21,240 bases of DNA from an uncultured bacterium (GTDB lineage: Bacteria > SAR324 > NAC60-12), in assembly GCA_965662235.1 (NCBI GenBank), contig CBFIGY010000045.1, positions 1 through 21,240 on the forward strand, given 5' to 3'. The notes beneath the pieces were generated by a model that was not told the DNA's origin, did not search any database, and worked only from the letters and a program-made list of their open reading frames with translations. Every line of letters begins with the position of its first letter. Position 1 is the first letter of the stretch. Both the position numbers and the translations under genes were made by a program. Shown here one piece after another: positions 15,420 to 21,240 of the stretch.

Positions 15420-16559
15420 ATGTCCCTGACGGATATTCGCCTAAGAGAGCTGCCCATCTATGAGAATCCGTTTGAGATTATCAACGTGATGAGGCGCCTG
15501 TTCCAGCAACCCAAGACGCAGTTCAACTCTGCTAAGCGTCGGACCGTGATGAGCTCTGCACTCAAAGGCGTGGGGCAATCGCTCTCGCACAAGCCTCTCC
15601 CTGAAGCCTCGGGTCCGGACGCCGCAGGTCTGCGCCTTTCCGAGGTGTTGGGGGACGATGCGCAGGAGCTGTCTCGACGTCTGATCAACGACCCCTGGGC
15701 ACTGGACGCCCGGACTGAGATGCTGCTGATGTTCTCCGGAAGCTCCATCAAGGAGAACGTCGCGGCGCTGATGGATGCCACCCTGCTCGCCCACGTCAAC
15801 AACCTTGACCCCACCCAAGCTCGGCAGCCGTCTCTCTACCTTGCGGCCCTCATGCAAAACCGCCTGCTCTCGGCGCTCTATGAGGCCCTGAAGGACGATG
15901 AGATGCGCCTAGTAGTGGAAGCCGACCGCGACGAACGGGCCAAAACCCAGCTTCAGCAAATCCGGAATGGACGAGCCTTTCTGGCAGAGCTGGTCCATAT
16001 CCTCAAGGTCACCAGCAACAATGGCTCGGTTGCTCTGAAGCATAAAGAAATCGCCTTTGGAGGGAAACCCAACACGGATCTGCAGCAGCAGATCGACAGC
16101 CTCCTGCAGCTCTTTGCCATCCTTCCGCTGCTCCGCGAACAGCAGCAGCAGCTCATTGACGCCATCAAGAGTGCGGACAAAAAATCCCTGCTCGCCAATT
16201 TCCATGAAGCGGAATACCGCCGCATTGACATTGAGATCATCCAGCTACAGAACCGGTTCCTCAAGAAACCGGAACTGACCGAGCAGACCTCCAAGTTGAT
16301 CCAGGAGGCCCTGCAGTTCTCCCAACAGAATGCGGACAACATTGGTGTCTCTCCCAAGCCCGGCTTTGAGACCGGGTGCCTGCTGCAATTGGCGTCGCTG
16401 TGCACCAAAGCGCTGATCCAAGTCAAACGCAGCGGGGAGGCGATTCCGGAAAGTCTGAGCACCCTCTCCAAGAAATCCGTTGAGGCACTGCGGGGGCGTT
16501 CTGATGATCCTCGTGTCGCCCGTGCCATCAATCAGTTGGTAAAGGCATCCGGAGGCTGA
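15420..16559 (+). CDS. Hypothetical protein (379 aa, predicted all-alpha, soluble)
   Basis: Long ORF with a GGAG SD before ATG 15420 and codon style like its neighbours. No family motif recognised. Confidence 0.8.
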   Translation: MSLTDIRLRELPIYENPFEIINVMRRLFQQPKTQFNSAKRRTVMSSALKGVGQSLSHKPLPEASGPDAAGLRLSEVLGDDAQELSRRLINDPWALDARTEMLLMFSGSSIKENVAALMDATLLAHVNNLDPTQARQPSLYLAALMQNRLLSALYEALKDDEMRLVVEADRDERAKTQLQQIRNGRAFLAELVHILKVTSNNGSVALKHKEIAFGGKPNTDLQQQIDSLLQLFAILPLLREQQQQLIDAIKSADKKSLLANFHEAEYRRIDIEIIQLQNRFLKKPELTEQTSKLIQEALQFSQQNADNIGVSPKPGFETGCLLQLASLCTKALIQVKRSGEAIPESLSTLSKKSVEALRGRSDDPRVARAINQLVKASGG

Positions 16560-16597
16560 GCCTCTCTTTTTCCTCATCCCTCAATCAGGAAATTCGC

Positions 16598-17104
16598 ATG
16601 TCTGACGACTCTCGCTTGAAGCAGGTCCACCTCTGCCCACACGACCGCTGGGAAGAGTTCACAGAGAAGCTCTTCTGGGCTGCCGTTCACCCCTTCCGCC
16701 AGGGAATGGGCATCTTCACCAACACCGACCGCCGCTACACCGGTGATCAGGAAGGACAGTTGATTCCGGAGCTTTCGCGCCGCATCAAGCAGGAACAGAA
16801 GCCTGAGGTGGTCAAGTTTCTCAAGAAATTCACCCGAGAGGGCTTCGATCACGTCTATAGCCTCAACGTGATCCCGGAAGAGAGCCCCTACGATTTTGTC
16901 AAGGTCACCGACACTGAGCTTCCCAACAACTCCTACTGTTACTTTATCCATTCTCAGCCGGAGCAGGAAAAGATGGGGCAGCAGGTGGTCAATGTTGATC
17001 GAGAAAAACAGGCGATTCTGGTCTACGCCCCGATCAACAGCGGCCTGGACTCGATGCGCATCATTACCGCCATCAACTCCATCCTGGATCCGGAGGAGGA
17101 GTAA
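16598..17104 (+). CDS. Hypothetical protein (168 aa, alpha/beta)
   Basis: CAGGA SD, 38 bp after the previous stop, globular composition. No family recognised. Confidence 0.78.
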   Translation: MSDDSRLKQVHLCPHDRWEEFTEKLFWAAVHPFRQGMGIFTNTDRRYTGDQEGQLIPELSRRIKQEQKPEVVKFLKKFTREGFDHVYSLNVIPEESPYDFVKVTDTELPNNSYCYFIHSQPEQEKMGQQVVNVDREKQAILVYAPINSGLDSMRIITAINSILDPEEE

Positions 17105-17147
17105 CGCTGCATCAGGCTCTTACGCTGACCTGTACCCGAGAGGCAAC

Positions 17148-17348
17148 ATGATTGTCGTGTACCAAAAATCCAATGATCGGTATCAGTTTGCCCTCAAGGG
17201 AGTCGCGACTCCGCAAGAGCTGGAAGCCTTGATGGCTCACCTTTCAGAAGTGCTTCGGCCGCAAGCAGGGGCACGGATTGAAGTGTCCTTGGACTGCTCC
17301 GAGTTTGAGGGAGAAAGCGCTCCCTCGGAACCCGCCTCTTACGATTGA
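17148..17348 (+). CDS. Small protein (66 aa) resembling the N-terminal half of a STAS/SpoIIAA-like domain
   Basis: GAGAGG SD before ATG 17148. MIVVYQKSNDRYQFALKGVATPQELEALMAHLSEVLRPQAGARIEVSLDCSEFEG follows the strand-G-x-x-T-helix-strand-D-x-x-x-F-x-G pattern of STAS/SEC14-like proteins. It is the 3' part of ORF-track 16896..17348. Confidence 0.55.
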   Translation: MIVVYQKSNDRYQFALKGVATPQELEALMAHLSEVLRPQAGARIEVSLDCSEFEGESAPSEPASYD

Positions 17349-17526
17349 GAAAACAAAACATCCATCCCTGAGAAACGCGGAACCCCCGCCGCTCCCTTCC
17401 ACTGTCAGGAAATAGTTCGCTCCTCCTGATGAGCCTCCCTTCTTCCCGGAAAATATCCTTGTCCCCTCTTTGAATCAGGGGGCGTTGGGAAAACAGAAGC
17501 CCGCATCGGCACGTCTCTGAGCAAGC

Positions 17527-17579
17527 TTGCATGTCGCTTGCAATTTGCTAGAGTCTGATAAACGTATTCATTACGTAAT
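17527..17579 (+). promoter_or_regulatory. Candidate sigma70 promoter plus downstream palindrome
   Basis: TTGCAT (17527-17532), 16 bp, then TAGAGT (17549-17554) with a TG extension. Perfect palindrome ATTACGTAAT at 17570-17579. Confidence 0.3.
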
Positions 17580-17609
17580 CCTATTCTGTTTCAGTTTTCC
17601 GAGTGATTC

Positions 17610-19184
17610 ATGTCTCAGTTTGATTCCTTAACACCAGAAGCCAGAGAGTGGTTGGCGAATGCAATTGCTGGCATGGTGCTAGCGGATGGGAGCGTGGACG
17701 CTTCCGAAATTGTGGAACTGCGGAAGAACGTCTCCTTCTTGGACTCCATTGCTGCAGAACGTCTGATTGCCCAGGTCAAGCGTCGCGAATTGGCAGAGCT
17801 TGAGGACATCCGTCTCGAAAAGCAGGCTGCATTTACGATCCTCAAGGAACTCACCAAGCTGGCCGTGGTCGACAAGGAGTTTTCTGACACAGAGGAAGAG
17901 TTTCTGCGCAACGCCACTCAGAAGCTGGGGTTCCCTACAGAGGTTGCGGAACGCATGGTCGCGGCAGCGCACAAGGTGGTTGCGGAGCTGCTCCAGGCCC
18001 GATTGACCTTCCGTAAGCACCGCATCCCAGCCATCTGCATGGACGTCACCCGAACCGGCTGCACGGTTTCTTCCAAAGCGAACCTCCCGGAAGAGCTTCA
18101 AGTGATGCTGGAGGTGGGGCACTTGGAAGAGGAGGAGGAAGACTGCTCCTCCTACTTCTCGCCCTTGCCAGCCAAGGTCCGTGTGGTCAAGCCGAGTGAG
18201 CAATCTCCCGGAAGTTACCTCGCTCAGGTGGATTTTGGGGTCCGCATCAACCTGAACCACGGCATCCTGCACCGGCTCTACCCTGGCAACTACCAGAAAG
18301 GAACGGCCAAGCCGATCAAGACGGTTCATGACAGAATGACGGGAGTGTACGGCGTCTGCCGAACCTGTGGAAACGAGGAAGTGGAGCTCTGGAGTCCTGC
18401 AGAAGGTCAGGAACTGACGTACAACATTTTTGGGTTGCCCAGCCTGGCCCGCGAATCGGATCCGGTGGCCGGCTTCAACTACCTGAATTATCAGCCGGCC
18501 GTATGTCCGCAGTGCTTGTTCGCGTCTCCGGACCATCGGCTGTTTTACATTCACGGCCAGCCCGTTCTGCCCCTCCAGGATGATACCCCGGACTTTCAGC
18601 ACAAGTGGATCACGAGTGTGAAGACCCGACGCCAGCTTCAGGATGGAAACGTTAGCAACTGGGCCGACATTCATGAGCGGCAATTGGACGACGGACTGAA
18701 TGCGTGGAAACTTGCCGTGGAGACCCACACCACTTTGAGCGAGTTGGGAAAATCCGCCAATGGGCGACAGCTGCAGCTTGCAGCATTCAGTCTGATTCAA
18801 GAAGCAGAGCTTCAGCTCCTCAGGGGCTTCCCCTCCATGGCACAAGGGTTGATGCAGCGAGCCATCCGGAACCTAGTCGAAGTTGAAGAGCGGCTCACCC
18901 AAGGAGCCCGGACTCATGCTCTGGCGCTGCTCGTCATGCTGTCGGTTTATGACGAAGACCAGAACCGGCTGAAGGACACCTTGACTCGGATGCGGGAGCA
19001 CCGGAAGGCCATGACTGATGAAACCGAAACCGCATTGGTCAATGACTACTTCAAGTTCTTTGAGGGACTGATCAAGGACCCCTCTGTTTACGGAAAATCC
19101 CTCCGTAAAAACTTTGACCCCACGGATGAAGCCCCGGGAATTTCTGCCTTTGGCAAACAGATGAACTTCCCCGAAAGCATCTAA
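17610..19184 (+). CDS. Multidomain protein: TerB-like - degenerate PilZ-like barrel - DUF2225-like Cys4 zinc-binding and helical domain
   Basis: TerB-like: AIAGMVLADGSVDASE...LAVVDKEFSDTEEEFLRNATQKLGF. PilZ-like strands with DVTRTG. CRTC (18357) and AVCPQCLFAS (Cys at 18504), followed by TPR-like helices. Confidence 0.75.
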   Translation: MSQFDSLTPEAREWLANAIAGMVLADGSVDASEIVELRKNVSFLDSIAAERLIAQVKRRELAELEDIRLEKQAAFTILKELTKLAVVDKEFSDTEEEFLRNATQKLGFPTEVAERMVAAAHKVVAELLQARLTFRKHRIPAICMDVTRTGCTVSSKANLPEELQVMLEVGHLEEEEEDCSSYFSPLPAKVRVVKPSEQSPGSYLAQVDFGVRINLNHGILHRLYPGNYQKGTAKPIKTVHDRMTGVYGVCRTCGNEEVELWSPAEGQELTYNIFGLPSLARESDPVAGFNYLNYQPAVCPQCLFASPDHRLFYIHGQPVLPLQDDTPDFQHKWITSVKTRRQLQDGNVSNWADIHERQLDDGLNAWKLAVETHTTLSELGKSANGRQLQLAAFSLIQEAELQLLRGFPSMAQGLMQRAIRNLVEVEERLTQGARTHALALLVMLSVYDEDQNRLKDTLTRMREHRKAMTDETETALVNDYFKFFEGLIKDPSVYGKSLRKNFDPTDEAPGISAFGKQMNFPESI

Positions 19185-19255
19185 CCTCCTCCTTCTTGTT
19201 CCTCCCTCATTTCCAGACCATCCGCCAACTGGCACCGGAAATGAGGTGATAAACC

Positions 19256-19289
19256 TATATGTTCGATAATGTAAATTTTCGAACATATA
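19256..19289. other. Perfect 11-bp inverted repeat forming a symmetric dif-like (11-6-11) site
   Basis: TATATGTTCGA (19256-19266) / TCGAACATATA (19279-19289). In dif register: ATGTTCGATAA TGTAAA TTTTCGAACAT (19259-19286). The inverted repeat is certain; the dif function is inferred. Confidence 0.5.
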
Positions 19290-19366
19290 AGATTTCACAG
19301 ATTCAAATCGCATCTTCATGCGAGACACGCTAGGTTAGGAATCTTGAACTCACACCAAGAGGAGCC

Positions 19367-20008
19367 ATGAGTGACTATCAGTTGGTGTCCGACATTCCGG
19401 ACGATTTATTGGAACATTACCTGACGCAACCGGTCATTGCCATTGATTCGGAAATGCACGGCCTGCGGCTGTACCGAGACGAGGTCTGCTTGAATCAGAT
19501 CTGCGATGGTGAGGGGCGCGTGTGCCTCGTGCGTCCGGAAGGGGGATGCCCACCGAACCTGAAGCGACTCCTGACCGACCCGAACGTCACCAAGATTTTC
19601 CACTACGCTCTTTCGGATGTGGCCTTCATTCACACGTCGTTGGGGGTGCAGGTCCAGAATTTCTGCTGCACGAAGGTGATGAGCAAGCTGGTCCGGACCT
19701 ACGGCCAGCGCCATGGACTGAAGGACCTGAGCAAGGAGTTGCTCGGAGTGGAGATGGAGAAGGAACAGCAGCAGACCAACTGGTCCCGTGCAGATCTTTC
19801 TTCAGAGCAGCTGAAGTACGCGGCCAACGATGTGCTGTACCTGGTGGCGATTTACGACAAACTCACTGAAATGATTGAAAATCGCCCTCCGCTTTCTACC
19901 GGAACCACGGTCAAGGAACTGAATGAACAGGCCCAGGCCATGCTGCCCGGAATGGTGAACCTCCTCATCCACGGATACGGTGACGAAGACCAGGGGTGGC
20001 AGACGACG

Positions 20009-20023
<15 letters not shown>
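19367..20023 (+). CDS. rnd: Ribonuclease D family 3'-5' exonuclease (DEDDy, short form without HRDC)
   Basis: AAGAGGAG SD. ExoI IAIDSE, ExoII KIFHYALSDV, CTKVMSKLVRTY...HGLKDL, KEQQQTNW, ExoIII QLKYAANDVLYL. Confidence 0.9.

Positions 20024-21240
<1,217 letters not shown>

Noticed and set aside
16896..17147. 5' part of the 150-aa ORF 16896..17348
   Set aside because: Overlaps the 168-aa gene out of frame; only the part from ATG 17148, which has an SD, looks coding.
17610..17980. Tellurite-resistance (ter) or anti-phage locus
   Set aside because: Only an isolated TerB-like domain in a fusion; no terA/C/D/Z or recognisable defence genes nearby.
19230..19245. Sigma54 promoter upstream of rnd (TGGCAC)
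   Set aside because: The -12 element reads ATGA rather than TTGC, so the conserved GC is missing.
19261..19284. LexA/SOS box reading of the GTTCG...CGAAC palindrome
   Set aside because: Orientation and spacing fit neither GAAC-N4-GTTC nor GTTC-N7-GTTC.

Overview
Gene-dense, GC-rich bacterial chromosomal window with no mobile element, CRISPR array, rRNA or tRNA. The gene content suggests a deltaproteobacteria-like lineage such as SAR324, but that is only an inference. Left to right: the 3' part of a GCS2-type glutamate--cysteine ligase; a minus-strand fliN-fliM pair with no other flagellar genes nearby (FliN has a ~600-aa acidic extension, FliM lacks its CheY-P- and FliG-binding motifs); a divergent run of TPR protein, ExbD/TolR-like membrane protein, long RelA/SpoT homologue, Tex and GDPD ending at an intrinsic terminator; a 7TM-DISM hybrid histidine kinase with a probable ChiS-family DNA-binding domain; three unknown genes; a TerB/PilZ-like/DUF2225 fusion; RNase D; a XerC/D-like protein; and the 5' part of glnB. 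The strongest leads are (1) a full-length XerC/D homologue that has lost nearly all catalytic residues, ~720 bp from a symmetric 11-6-11 dif-like palindrome; (2) a long RSH with an intact HD core but a degenerate synthetase domain; (3) a one-component DNA-binding sensor kinase; and (4) an apparently repurposed FliM/FliN C-ring module. All family calls come from motif recognition by eye and need HMM or structure confirmation.
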